Position numbers and translations under genes: made by a program
Notes under the pieces: model-generated
Databases searched by the model: none
What the model saw: only the letters and a program-made list of their open reading frames with translations
What the model was told of the DNA's origin: nothing
In this document: positions 27,144 to 36,339 of the stretch, piece by piece
Position numbering within the stretch: position 1 is the stretch's first letter
Layout: every line of letters begins with the position of its first letter
Virus record (IMG/VR): IMGVR_UViG_2645727901_000008
From: a virus
Taxonomy: Duplodnaviria > Heunggongvirae > Uroviricota > Caudoviricetes
Strand: one strand, 5' to 3'
Length of the DNA stretch: 64,000 bases

Positions 27144-27523
27144 TGAGGCATATATCACCGGAAGAACTTATTGCGCTTCATGATGCGAATATAAGCCGCT
27201 ACGGCGGCCTGCCGGGAATGTCAGATCCGGGTAGGGCAGAGGCCATTATCGGGAGAGTTCAGGCCAGAGTTGCCTACGACGAGATCACCGACCTTTTCGA
27301 AGTCTCCGCCACCTACCTGGTGGCTACGGCGAGAGGGCATATATTCAATGATGCCAATAAGCGTACCGCGCTAAACAGTGCGCTGCTATTTCTACGCCGT
27401 AACGGTATACAGGTATATGATTCTCCCGTGCTGGTGGAACTTGCGGTGGGGGCCGCAACTGGTGAAATCCCCGTATCTTCAGTAGCGGAAAAACTACGTG
27501 AATTATTTGGTTCCAATATTTGA
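27143..27523 (+). CDS. doc: Doc toxin (Fic-family kinase)
   Basis: [40 protein letters not shown]... matches the P1 Doc family. TAATG coupling to phd. Confidence 0.9.
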
Positions 27524-27526
27524 AAA

Positions 27527-27552
27527 GAAGCCCGCTCAACCAGGCGGGCTTC
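27527..27552. terminator. bidirectional terminator hairpin GAAGCCCGC...GCGGGCTTC between convergent doc and the 27607 gene
   Basis: Read from the sequence. Confidence 0.55.
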
Positions 27553-27606
27553 CTACTATCACTCAATGATTTTTTCTGCTGTCAGCCAGCTAATTCGGTG
27601 ATGTTT

Positions 27607-28413
27607 TTAGGCGTCAGCATCAGCATCCTCCGCTACCTCTGCTTCCACATCAGCCACGGCTTCATCGGACGGTTCTTCTTTGGCCTGATCTGCAATCGCC
27701 GCACGGCATTTCGCCCTGGCTGTAGCGATTGCTTCAGCTCGCACATCATCAGGAATCGTTGACGTGATATACATATCCACTTCTTCGGCGCGGAACACTG
27801 TTTGGTCCAGATATTCGCGTAGCATCCAGGTAAATTCGAAATCACACGCGATAATCTCTGCGCTACCTTCTGCACCATTTGAGAAATGAATAAATGCCTG
27901 TTTAGCCAAACCGATAACACGACATGCGGTTGCCAAAACAGCGACAACTAGGTTTACATTTTCACACGCTACGGGCTGATTAACGCCGGAGATTACTCCA
28001 TTTAACTGTCGGTTATATGGAAGGTAGTTTGAGATGCGTTCTACGCGCCATGTGCCAGTCAGGCTGCCATTTTTAAATATAATTGGTGTAACGGATAGCC
28101 CAAGCTCGCGTATAAGTCGTTGCGCTATAGCAGGATCATTAAACAGGTCTAATGCTATACATTCGAAAGACTGCGCAAGGGCAAACAGTTCTTCCAGAGA
28201 GTAGTCTTTGCCCCTGGCGGTGATGTAACGACGAACGCCGCTGTCTGCATCACTCCATATAGCTACGCCATGCTCTTCATTCAGCACTTCATTAAAGCCG
28301 AGATACGTCATGATAGTGCGTTCAATCGTGTCAAACGGCAGTGACATGTCGGCGTTAACAGCCACCAGCAGGCCATTACGCAAGCGGTATTGAATTGTTT
28401 TGGTGCTTTCCAT
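27607..28413 (-). CDS. hypothetical protein with an acidic Ala/Asp/Glu-rich C-terminus
   Basis: GGAG RBS 9 nt from ATG 28413. Confidence 0.45.
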   Translation of the reverse strand: MESTKTIQYRLRNGLLVAVNADMSLPFDTIERTIMTYLGFNEVLNEEHGVAIWSDADSGVRRYITARGKDYSLEELFALAQSFECIALDLFNDPAIAQRLIRELGLSVTPIIFKNGSLTGTWRVERISNYLPYNRQLNGVISGVNQPVACENVNLVVAVLATACRVIGLAKQAFIHFSNGAEGSAEIIACDFEFTWMLREYLDQTVFRAEEVDMYITSTIPDDVRAEAIATARAKCRAAIADQAKEEPSDEAVADVEAEVAEDADADA

Positions 28414-28419
28414 GTCAAA

Positions 28420-29097
28420 TCACTCCACTACAAACCAGTCACATGCCAGTAAGTCGCCTACAGAAGGAACCCACGGAACAACTACACCTTGTGCATTTTT
28501 TAAGGCGAAATAAGCACCATACGGAACGAGGTCGCCGGGGAAATATCCCTTAATGGGTTCCATTCGTGCCGGGTACTGTCCTTCAGGAACCAGCCAGCAG
28601 AATTGGTTTTCGCCGTTCCACCCGCGTCGAGCAACTTTCTTGCCATCCTTCAGCCACATCAGCGCGTCAGAAAAGTCGGCTGCTTCAAGGTCGATTTCTT
28701 CTTGCTGGGTGGTGATGCCACCAGCAGAAATAGTTACGCTCCCGGTAAGATTAATCATCACGCCGTTGTCATCCGTAATGATGACCGTGGTTCCATTTTT
28801 GGCGGCGTCGTTAACCAGGCCATAGCGTTCCTCAAATGGTTTCTCCGGGGCATAGAACAAATAACCGTTTTCATAAACGATCAGATACCCGCCAGTTTTT
28901 GGTCGGTGTTTTTGTAAAAACATTGCGTCAACACAAACTGTTGCCCCTTTTGGCTCAACGAGTTCGATGCAGCCCCAAAGTGGGGCATCAGTTACTCCGA
29001 AAATAACAACATTTTTGATTTTCGATGCACTAACGTTTTTGTGAGCTTTGTATTTGGGAAGGAACTTAAAAAGCTCTTTCGTTGCCATGTTATTCAT
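28420..29097 (-). CDS. two-domain protein with a C-terminal DUF2829 (Tad2-like, Thoeris anti-defence family) domain
   Basis: C-terminus ALMWLKDGKKVARRGWNGENQFCWLVPEG...PWVPSVGDLLACDWFVVE has the DUF2829 signature (A..G.K..R.GW.G......PW..S..D.LA.DW.VV). Confidence 0.5.
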   Translation of the reverse strand: MNNMATKELFKFLPKYKAHKNVSASKIKNVVIFGVTDAPLWGCIELVEPKGATVCVDAMFLQKHRPKTGGYLIVYENGYLFYAPEKPFEERYGLVNDAAKNGTTVIITDDNGVMINLTGSVTISAGGITTQQEEIDLEAADFSDALMWLKDGKKVARRGWNGENQFCWLVPEGQYPARMEPIKGYFPGDLVPYGAYFALKNAQGVVVPWVPSVGDLLACDWFVVE

Positions 29098-29111
29098 AGT
29101 CTTTTCTCTGC

Positions 29112-29606
29112 TTATAACTTTTCGTACTGAAGCGGTGAACGCTTAATTTCAAAGTGGCCTTCCGATGTGCTACCAAAGCCACCAGCACCACGTTCCGTTT
29201 CGTTGAGTTCCTCAACCTCGACTAGTGAGACTTGTTCAACACGCTCAAAAATGCCTTGCATGACAGCCATTCCTGGCTTGAGACAAACGCCTTCCCCGCC
29301 GGGATCAGTAATCAGTTTTGCCATGATTTCACCGCGATAATCGGAGTCGATAATTCCTACGCAGTTAGCCAGGCGAGTATGTTTTTTGCAGCCCAATCCG
29401 GATCGCGGATAGAGTTTCAGACACCAGCCGGGCGGGATCTCCATAGCCAGTCCGGTATACACCCACCAGCTTGAGGAAATTGCACCATTGCTATCGACGC
29501 ATGTTTTTATTTCAACAGCCTCAAAATCCATCGCCGCCGATCCGGAGGTGGCATAAGCTGGAAGTTTTGCTGCCGGATGTAGGCGTTTCACTTTTACGTA
29601 AATCAT
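29112..29606 (-). CDS. dut: dUTP diphosphatase (trimeric Dut)
   Basis: Dut motifs AAMDF, PRSGLG, GIIDSDYRGEI and the C-terminal GGFGSTS motif V. Confidence 0.8.
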   Translation of the reverse strand: MIYVKVKRLHPAAKLPAYATSGSAAMDFEAVEIKTCVDSNGAISSSWWVYTGLAMEIPPGWCLKLYPRSGLGCKKHTRLANCVGIIDSDYRGEIMAKLITDPGGEGVCLKPGMAVMQGIFERVEQVSLVEVEELNETERGAGGFGSTSEGHFEIKRSPLQYEKL

Positions 29607-30079
29607 TGTTTTTTAGCTCTCTGCGTGAAGGTGTAAACCCGACGTTTGATATGTGGAACGGTAGGAACAGGAAGACAGGAACTTTCAATAACCCCTTGCT
29701 CCTCCAGCGATCGCACCGCCCGCAAGAACTGCGACGTGTCGCCGCCAAACTGGCGGGCATAGGTGCTGCCGTTAAGAAGTATTTGAGCTATTACCCGAGC
29801 TTTTGTCTGGCTGTCACGATATGCGAATAGCCGCACGGCCTCTTCTGGCGCAATCGCTAACTGATAGCCTTTACCGGCACGGTGTCGAATGAATCCATGC
29901 GCCAGTAGGTTTTTGAGTTCGTTACGAGTGCGAACAGATCCGTAATCCAGGAAGTGCGGATTAATAACGACTGGCTTAAACCATTCCGTAGGTGCTTTAG
30001 CTAATAGAGCTAACAGCTTTCCGGACAATTCTGGATAGGAAGACGGGTAACAATTCAGAGATGGGTAATAAGTTTTCAC
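29603..30079 (-). CDS. hypothetical protein
   Basis: GTG start overlapping the upstream stop. 158 aa. Confidence 0.4.
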   Translation of the reverse strand: MKTYYPSLNCYPSSYPELSGKLLALLAKAPTEWFKPVVINPHFLDYGSVRTRNELKNLLAHGFIRHRAGKGYQLAIAPEEAVRLFAYRDSQTKARVIAQILLNGSTYARQFGGDTSQFLRAVRSLEEQGVIESSCLPVPTVPHIKRRVYTFTQRAKKQ

Positions 30080-30420
30080 CGACGCCCCCTTGCAGGATAT
30101 CGACCTGCATCAGTATCCGGTGCGATAAAGCCGGTAGTGGGGCGAGTGAAAGCGAGATTAATCTTCTCGACCATAGTGCGATAATTTTCCTGATAGTGGG
30201 CCAGGAGTTTTTCGGCGGCAATGATGGTTACTTTCCGGACGTAGCTTTCTGCTTCCTCCAGATTTCGCCAGTTTTTTTCGAGGGTAAACACAGGGACGGC
30301 CTCAAGCCCGGTCATGATGCCGAATACAACGACAGCATGACTGTTCTTAACACCAGCAGCGAAGGTTACGGTGTAACCATCCACCTTAAAGCGTCTTGAT
30401 TCCGTGATTTGACTCTGCAA
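30076..30420 (-). CDS. hypothetical protein, first gene downstream of the cre homolog
   Basis: TTG start with GGAGGG RBS. A motif site lies immediately upstream. Confidence 0.4.
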   Translation of the reverse strand: MQSQITESRRFKVDGYTVTFAAGVKNSHAVVVFGIMTGLEAVPVFTLEKNWRNLEEAESYVRKVTIIAAEKLLAHYQENYRTMVEKINLAFTRPTTGFIAPDTDAGRYPARGRR

Positions 30421-30478
30421 AGCACCCTCCGAAATAGGCGAGGGTACTTTACAGCAAAGATAACAATCTAAAAAGATG

Positions 30479-30493
30479 TGTTAGAAATTTAAT
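30479..30493. promoter_or_regulatory. recurrent motif TGTTAGAAATTTAAT between the cre-like stop and the 30420 gene
   Basis: Motif family member. Confidence 0.45.
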
Positions 30494-31522
30494 TTATGAA
30501 TCCATCAGGCGGCTATTAGCCCCCACAGACACGCCGCCACGGCGCAGATACCGCATAAGTGTTTCCGGTTTCTTCCAGGTTCCTTCCTGCATGATCTCCA
30601 CCATAGACACCTGCTTTTCAGCCATATCGATAGCGGCCCCGACACGAGCACTATGCCCGGTCCACGTCCGGTATCTCCCTTTGTTTGGCGTGGCATCTCT
30701 TTTATTCAGCAACACCCAGGCGTCGCTGAATATTTTCTCCATTGCAGGTGCAGTAAGGGGAGTTGTCGTAATCCTGGCCTTATTGCTACGGTGTATCGGC
30801 GGGAACAGCACCGCGTCAGGATGTTCACGAAGCCCGGAAACATCCAGCCAGTCATTCAGCACTGCGGTAGTGCGACGGGAAAGCACCTTATCAAGCCCGG
30901 CGGCGGTCGTTATTGTCTTCGTGTGTGAAATATGTAGCGTGACAGTGTCACCTGTTTGGTCCAGATCTCCTACACGAATACGCGAGATTTCAGACATTCG
31001 CATCAGCGTATTGTATGCAACGAAGAGGAAAGCCCGGTTACGCAGGTCCACCAGCCGTTCTGACCTGGACAACAGGACGTCGAGCAGTTTCAGATCGTCC
31101 CACCGCAGCGGTATAGCCTGGCCTGTTCGTTCGCCTTTTTCCGTTGCCGCTTCGCGCCGGATGCGCCGCATAGCCAGAGAAACACTTTTATCATCCGAAA
31201 GTGGCGGAAGGCCACAATGCGAAAGCAGCATGTTAAGCATGGCGTAGTGCTTATCAATGGTGGTCGAAGCCAGATCAGCATCATGCAGCTGAAGAAAATA
31301 CTCGCGGGCCATCTCTGGTGAGATCGGGAACCAAGCGAGCTGGCGAGCGTGGCACCATCGCGCCCAGGAGTGAAACACTAACCGGAGATCGCGCAAAGTA
31401 TTCGGCGCGTAAGCCCCCTGGTCATTCATGAACCGCATAAAGTTTTCTGCGGCCTCCTGGTACTCTTTGCCAATGTTGCGCAGAAAACCACCGGAGCTGC
31501 CAGAGATAATTAATTCACTCAT
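30494..31522 (-). CDS. cre: Cre-family tyrosine site-specific recombinase (P1 Cre homolog)
   Basis: Alignable to P1 Cre along the whole length: VSLAMRRIRRE vs VSLVMRRIRKE; AFLFVAYNTLMRMSEISRIRVGDL vs AFLGIAYNTLLRIAEIARIRVKDI; WTGHSARVGAAIDMA vs WSGHSARVGAARDMA; IMQEGTW vs IMQAGGW. The catalytic R..H..R..Y context is retained. Confidence 0.85.
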   Translation of the reverse strand: MSELIISGSSGGFLRNIGKEYQEAAENFMRFMNDQGAYAPNTLRDLRLVFHSWARWCHARQLAWFPISPEMAREYFLQLHDADLASTTIDKHYAMLNMLLSHCGLPPLSDDKSVSLAMRRIRREAATEKGERTGQAIPLRWDDLKLLDVLLSRSERLVDLRNRAFLFVAYNTLMRMSEISRIRVGDLDQTGDTVTLHISHTKTITTAAGLDKVLSRRTTAVLNDWLDVSGLREHPDAVLFPPIHRSNKARITTTPLTAPAMEKIFSDAWVLLNKRDATPNKGRYRTWTGHSARVGAAIDMAEKQVSMVEIMQEGTWKKPETLMRYLRRGGVSVGANSRLMDS

Positions 31523-31672
31523 GAAACTATTTAACCTCTATATACAGATGACGCTACGCAAAAATATAAAAATGACAGGGTAGCTATAAGTTAATTTTCA
31601 AAATTCAAGCCTTTGATTCGAGGCACGTATTTTTAGTGATGTCAACACTGATCATCTACCCATGATTATAGT

Positions 31673-31706
31673 CTAACTTTAAATAATGCCAATTATCTAA
31701 AGTTAG
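31673..31706. other. lox-like recombination site: CTAACTTTAAATA-ATGCCAAT-TATCTAAAGTTAG (13-bp arms, 12/13 symmetric, 8-bp asymmetric spacer)
   Basis: Sits 150 bp upstream of the cre-like start. Arms share TAACTT...ATA with loxP arms (ATAACTTCGTATA). Confidence 0.6.
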
Positions 31707-31878
31707 AAACTTAGGAATTTTTTTCCTTTCCCCGTAGATGGGCAATGCATTGCTGGCGTGGGCTTTAAGTTATGCCTGGCAGTTTTTAAGCAGAATTTTC
31801 TAAATTGGATGACAAAAAAATGCATCTTGATCCTTTACTCACCCTGTTATTCGGCATAGATTTGTCATAGTAATTTTA

Positions 31879-31893
31879 TGTTAGAAAACTAAA
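31879..31893. promoter_or_regulatory. recurrent motif TGTTAGAAAACTAAA immediately upstream of the RBS of the 31907 gene
   Basis: Motif family member. Confidence 0.45.
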
Positions 31894-31906
31894 TCGAGTA
31901 GGAATA

Positions 31907-32944
31907 ATGAGTAAGAAGTCGATCGAGAAAGAGTACAAACGGTTCCTGCAAACCGCTGAACGGTGGAAAGAGCTGGTGGTCGCAAACTCTGTTTTCCATG
32001 ATACCAGTTATGCCGGCGAGGAATTCCGCCACGTTGCACTAACACATGATCAGAATGTACTAGAAGAAGCTGAAAAGTGCCTCACAGAATGGAAAGCCTT
32101 TGTTGACTTGTGCCGTAACGCTGACGGCAAAGCGTCCAACATTGTTGAGTCTGTATATTCTCCGATCCCATTCATTATTGAGGACACAAATCAAAGCACG
32201 CATATTGTTGTGCAAAGCGCGACCACCACCCGCTCATTTACGCGCGAAAATCTGCTCAAAAAATATGATGCAATTATAAAGAAAAGCCTGAAAAACAAGA
32301 TATTTTCGCAGATTGTTGGTGCACTTGAAGAAGAGCGCCGTTTTTTCGCATCAGAACCTGAAGGGGAAGTTTACCGGGCGCGCAAAGATGGATACACAGA
32401 TGTAGTGCTTACAACAAACATTGAAGGCAGCAATGCTCTGTCACGATTCAGGGTAGGCGCACACGGAGCCTTAGTGTTCGCAAAACTTCCGAACACCACA
32501 GTGCCCGTTGTTAATAATGTCGGCGAACGTCGCAGCATTACTATTTATTCTGGGGTTGAGTCGATACCTTGCGGCCTGCTTGGTGACTTTAGCCTCTATC
32601 GCGTTCGCGATCTGGAGAAACACCAACCAAGCTATGTTGCGAAGTCATATATCTTGCGAAACATCGACATCCGCAATGAGAGCTTAAAGAACAAATCAGC
32701 CAAAATGCTTGAGGAAGCCGATCCGGCTATTCGCCATATCATTGAGCGTAAAATACAGACAGCACGCGAAGCGATGGCGAGACTGAATAAAATGGATCTG
32801 GAGTTGTTAGACGTAATGATGACATCCGGAGATGACCTGACAGGCATAAAACTGACAGACGCGCGGAAAAGATACGGTAAAACCATAGAAGAACGTTACG
32901 GGTTCACTTTCTCCCAAACACAGCACGCCGCTAAACTCTGGTAA
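31907..32944 (+). CDS. hypothetical protein at the position of the P1 immunity (c1) gene, between the lox site and pacB; candidate regulator
   Basis: 345-aa ORF with GAGTAGGA RBS. No similarity to P1 C1 detectable by eye, so the call is positional only. Confidence 0.4.
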   Translation: MSKKSIEKEYKRFLQTAERWKELVVANSVFHDTSYAGEEFRHVALTHDQNVLEEAEKCLTEWKAFVDLCRNADGKASNIVESVYSPIPFIIEDTNQSTHIVVQSATTTRSFTRENLLKKYDAIIKKSLKNKIFSQIVGALEEERRFFASEPEGEVYRARKDGYTDVVLTTNIEGSNALSRFRVGAHGALVFAKLPNTTVPVVNNVGERRSITIYSGVESIPCGLLGDFSLYRVRDLEKHQPSYVAKSYILRNIDIRNESLKNKSAKMLEEADPAIRHIIERKIQTAREAMARLNKMDLELLDVMMTSGDDLTGIKLTDARKRYGKTIEERYGFTFSQTQHAAKLW

Positions 32945-32948
32945 TCAC

Positions 32949-32970
32949 AAGCCCCGCATTGCCGGGGCTT
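32949..32970. terminator. bidirectional terminator AAGCCCCGcattgCCGGGGCTT between convergent genes
   Basis: Read from the sequence. Confidence 0.6.
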
Positions 32971-34478
32971 TATATATCCAGATCTGGCATTTCCACATCT
33001 GCAAGAACCTGATCGCGGAAGGTAGCCATTTCAGCGCCGATATCTTCATTAGCAGGAACATAGTCCACCAGCATTGTAAAGCAGTAGGTATCCCATCGGT
33101 CAGGTGATTTGATGTTCAGCTTTTGCCGCATGTGCTCCTTGCGCATCATCGCCATCTTCCCTTCTTCATTAAGTAAAAAGGGGATTTTTGACGCTTGCTC
33201 TGCCGTTTTAGGGTCACTGTCTATTCGCATACGACCTGACTTTATGGCATCACGAGCCATAATATTTGCGTAGGCACGTTGGTTAACAAAACGCTCCTTG
33301 TCTTTGTTCGAAAACATGGGTTTCCCCCACCGAATACGTACCGGATTAGCCCCACGGCGCACCAGCTGCGCACAGGTATCTGAACCAAAACCGTCTGCGT
33401 CAACCGCGATTGTAATATTCGGGTATTTATCCGGCGTGCATTCGTTGTATATAAAGTCAGCAAAAGCCAGCGGGTCCATAGTCCCTGGCATTTCCATTAT
33501 CTTAAAGTTAACAACGCGCCGCTTATTCCTGTGACCTGACACCTTGCAGATGTTAAGGACCGACTTGTCTCGCCCGTTCCCAACGTCAGCTGTCGCTACC
33601 CACCCCCAATTTTTCTCCAACAACACCTTGCGCCGCGCAGCGCGATCGCATTCATCACGACCAAGCAAATAGCCGTTAATCTCCCGAGGGAACTGACCAA
33701 GCACCTTAACCATATACTCAATAGAATCGCGCCCGCCATATTCCAGGAGTTTCTGCCTGATGAATTGTGGTGTGACGAACGGTGATTCTTCTGAGTTAAG
33801 AACAATTGCTGTCCAGATCCCTTTCGGGTTGTCTGGGGTTTTAGCTTGAGAATGGTGCGAATCGTAGAAATAACCACTTGGCCTTGTTGGCTGGGATAGC
33901 ATCAACATTCGGTTATCTTCTTCAGTAAGAGCACCGGTCATTACGCCGATCGCCTTATCAGATATACCAGATGCTTCATCCAGAATTAGAAGCAAATGTG
34001 CCGCGTGTTCCCCCGCCAGCGCTTCTTCGTTGCCGAGTCGATAACCTTTGCAGAGAACTTCCCAAATCCCCTTACGGGAGCGCTCATAAAACATGGTGTC
34101 AGAGAGGACAAAATAGGTCTGCAACCACCCATGACGCTTAACTGCATTCGCCCAATACTGTTTAACGTATTTGAATACGCCTGTTTTTACCTGGCCTATC
34201 TTGTTAGCAACAATGATGACACGGGCATCGGGGAACAGGATCATAAAAATCAACAGCAACATCGCGGTAAGGGACGACTTCCCCGTTCCGTGTCCGGACG
34301 TGACGGTAGTCCTACTCCCCGTTTCCTGCACTGACTGAATGATCTGCTGCTGCTGGTGGGAGGGGAACATCCCAAAAATATCGACAACAGCCTGGGTAAA
34401 GTTGTAGCGGTATTTGATTACCATATCGCGCCAGCGTGGATCGCTGGTGACGCATTTAATCTTGCGCCCGCCAGCCAT
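32970..34478 (-). CDS. pacB: terminase large subunit (PacB-like)
   Basis: Walker A GHGTGKSS and the ILDEASGI Walker-B-like motif. 502 aa. TAATG coupling to the upstream gene. Confidence 0.75.
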   Translation of the reverse strand: MAGGRKIKCVTSDPRWRDMVIKYRYNFTQAVVDIFGMFPSHQQQQIIQSVQETGSRTTVTSGHGTGKSSLTAMLLLIFMILFPDARVIIVANKIGQVKTGVFKYVKQYWANAVKRHGWLQTYFVLSDTMFYERSRKGIWEVLCKGYRLGNEEALAGEHAAHLLLILDEASGISDKAIGVMTGALTEEDNRMLMLSQPTRPSGYFYDSHHSQAKTPDNPKGIWTAIVLNSEESPFVTPQFIRQKLLEYGGRDSIEYMVKVLGQFPREINGYLLGRDECDRAARRKVLLEKNWGWVATADVGNGRDKSVLNICKVSGHRNKRRVVNFKIMEMPGTMDPLAFADFIYNECTPDKYPNITIAVDADGFGSDTCAQLVRRGANPVRIRWGKPMFSNKDKERFVNQRAYANIMARDAIKSGRMRIDSDPKTAEQASKIPFLLNEEGKMAMMRKEHMRQKLNIKSPDRWDTYCFTMLVDYVPANEDIGAEMATFRDQVLADVEMPDLDI

Positions 34479-35842
34479 TAATCATCCTCCGGCGGTTCTA
34501 TCGCGATATCATCATCTCCGGCGTCATACCCTGCATCAGATACATCATAATCACCGTAAATTTCAGCCGTTGCCGAAGGGTCAATATCCAGCTCTTCGTC
34601 GTTGGCCTCGAATTCTCCAGCTTTACGCTCGCCATTGCGGTCGTAATCTCCGCACCCCAATTCTTCAACAATGGTTGCCACATCCGCCCGGCGCTCTGCC
34701 AGCCATTGCGGATGGTTAGCCTGAAGCGTTGCAAACTCCCTTGCCTCTTTGTCCAGCTGTTCATCATCAACATCATTGACGTCAGAAACAGGTGGTTCGA
34801 GAAGAGTGATAGCTTTCGCCGCGCGCGCCGCGAGGATAGCCGGGACGCTGACCCCCTGGCGCTCGATGTATTCAGCAACACCGATATCATCCAGTTCCTC
34901 GCGCTCACGCATACGTATAGCGGCGGCGATAACTCTGGCTGCGCGTGCGTCAGCGCCAATGCGATATTCAATCTCTTTGCCACGCTGTTCGGCCTGTAGG
35001 CGTGCTAATTCGAGTTTTTCTCTGGCCTCAGCCTCTTTGAATGCTTGCTGGCGAGCGCTCTGACGAAGCTTTTCATCCCCCTGTCGCAGCTTTTGTTCGG
35101 ACTGATATATAGCTGCCAACCTACTGATAAAATCATTCATGTAGTAGGCCGCGTCACTGATTAGACCGAGAAGACGCTGCCCAGGGTGCATTCCTTCTGG
35201 CTCTTTATCGCCCAAGGCGTCTATTTCCGCCTGTAGGCGTTCGGCCTCCTGATCAACAATGCTTTGATACTGAAGTGCGCGCTCTTGCGCCATTTGAATT
35301 GCTAACCGCAGGTGTTCTTCTGCGCCGTTCTTCATCATATCGCGAGCCACATTCGTAGTGGGCAATGTGGCACGCTGCACAGCACCGTCAGGGATCATTG
35401 CAGAAGATCCCTCAATTTTTGGGGCGCTTTTATCTTCTTCGGGGATCATTTTCGCCATTTTTTCGCGCAATGATCTCCTGACAGATTCTTTTATCTCATT
35501 GTTATTATTTGCATTATTTTCATGATCCGAAGTTTTCTTTCTCGGCATACTTCGGAAAGAACCTGCGCCCTGCGAATTGTCAATTTCTGTAAATTTTGTT
35601 TTTTCTGCACCCTCTTCCAGCTTTTTTGTTGCTCTTCCCGCCCGTTTTTTTTCAGGTGATTTGGTGCTTTTTTTTGTTGTCTTTACCTGCGACCGCACCT
35701 CATTTTTTTTCATATTGAGATGCTTTCTGGCTGTATTGAAGCTAAGGCCATGCTCCTCACAGTATTCCTTTACAGTGATCCCTTTTTCTTCACGCAACGC
35801 TATAAAGCGGGCGCGGTGCTCCTCCCAATTAACCAGACTCAT
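34478..35842 (-). CDS. pacA: terminase small/pac-recognition subunit (PacA-like)
   Basis: Position immediately upstream of the terminase large subunit. N-terminal HTH-like region. Contains an internal GATC cluster (candidate pac). Confidence 0.55.
   Translation of the reverse strand: MSLVNWEEHRARFIALREEKGITVKEYCEEHGLSFNTARKHLNMKKNEVRSQVKTTKKSTKSPEKKRAGRATKKLEEGAEKTKFTEIDNSQGAGSFRSMPRKKTSDHENNANNNNEIKESVRRSLREKMAKMIPEEDKSAPKIEGSSAMIPDGAVQRATLPTTNVARDMMKNGAEEHLRLAIQMAQERALQYQSIVDQEAERLQAEIDALGDKEPEGMHPGQRLLGLISDAAYYMNDFISRLAAIYQSEQKLRQGDEKLRQSARQQAFKEAEAREKLELARLQAEQRGKEIEYRIGADARAARVIAAAIRMREREELDDIGVAEYIERQGVSVPAILAARAAKAITLLEPPVSDVNDVDDEQLDKEAREFATLQANHPQWLAERRADVATIVEELGCGDYDRNGERKAGEFEANDEELDIDPSATAEIYGDYDVSDAGYDAGDDDIAIEPPEDD
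35390..35530. other. candidate pac site: 5 GATC (Dam) sites within about 135 bp inside the 5' third of pacA
   Basis: GATC at 35393, 35406, 35454, 35472 and 35524. Local density is far above the background expectation. Confidence 0.4.
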
Positions 35843-36231
35843 AAAGCAACACCACGCTTTTTAACGGCGGCATTCCACAGCTTATTCGCCATGTCCACCA
35901 GCTCTCGTTGCTCTTTTCGCGCCTGTTCGACTGATTTCCTGCTACAGTTTTTAACCAGTAAGCTACCGTATTCAGGCGTGCGCCCGCGCACCTTGAACTG
36001 ATATCCGTTCAGACCATGTAGCCAATATTTTCGTGGATACACACGATCATCCAGCTCACAGATTGCCCTGCTTGAACGAACAAAATGACGAATGATGTTA
36101 GTTACACTTACTCGTGAAACATGGAGATGAGGGTATTTTTCTTTGGCGAGAGTGGTAATTTCAGTGACTGTCAGATAGCAGTCAGCCCTGATCATGATAT
36201 CCGCAATTTCTGCGCTGCTGATTTGTTCCAT
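35839..36231 (-). CDS. small basic protein in the position of P1 Lpa (late promoter activator), upstream of pacA
   Basis: 130 aa. ATGA coupling to pacA. A motif site lies upstream. Confidence 0.35.
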   Translation of the reverse strand: MEQISSAEIADIMIRADCYLTVTEITTLAKEKYPHLHVSRVSVTNIIRHFVRSSRAICELDDRVYPRKYWLHGLNGYQFKVRGRTPEYGSLLVKNCSRKSVEQARKEQRELVDMANKLWNAAVKKRGVAL

Positions 36232-36308
36232 TAATCCCCCGGGCAGGAAATGACCGAGGGGATGATAATGAGAATGTTAAAACTGTATAGACTGGTAAAA
36301 AGATGATT

Positions 36309-36327
36309 ATATTAGAAAATTAATATT
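36309..36327. promoter_or_regulatory. motif variant ATATTAGAAAATTAATATT upstream of the lpa-like gene
   Basis: Motif family member (variant core TTCTAATA). Confidence 0.35.
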
Positions 36328-36339
36328 AAATACCTAACG

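Noticed and set aside
31694-31710. Right lox arm overlapping an operator-like GTTAGAAAC
   Set aside because: I considered that the lox-like site might just be two operator copies. The arm flank differs from the motif (TCTAACT versus TCTAACA). The 13-8-13 geometry with 12/13 symmetry also favours a bona fide recombinase site. Both readings could coexist.
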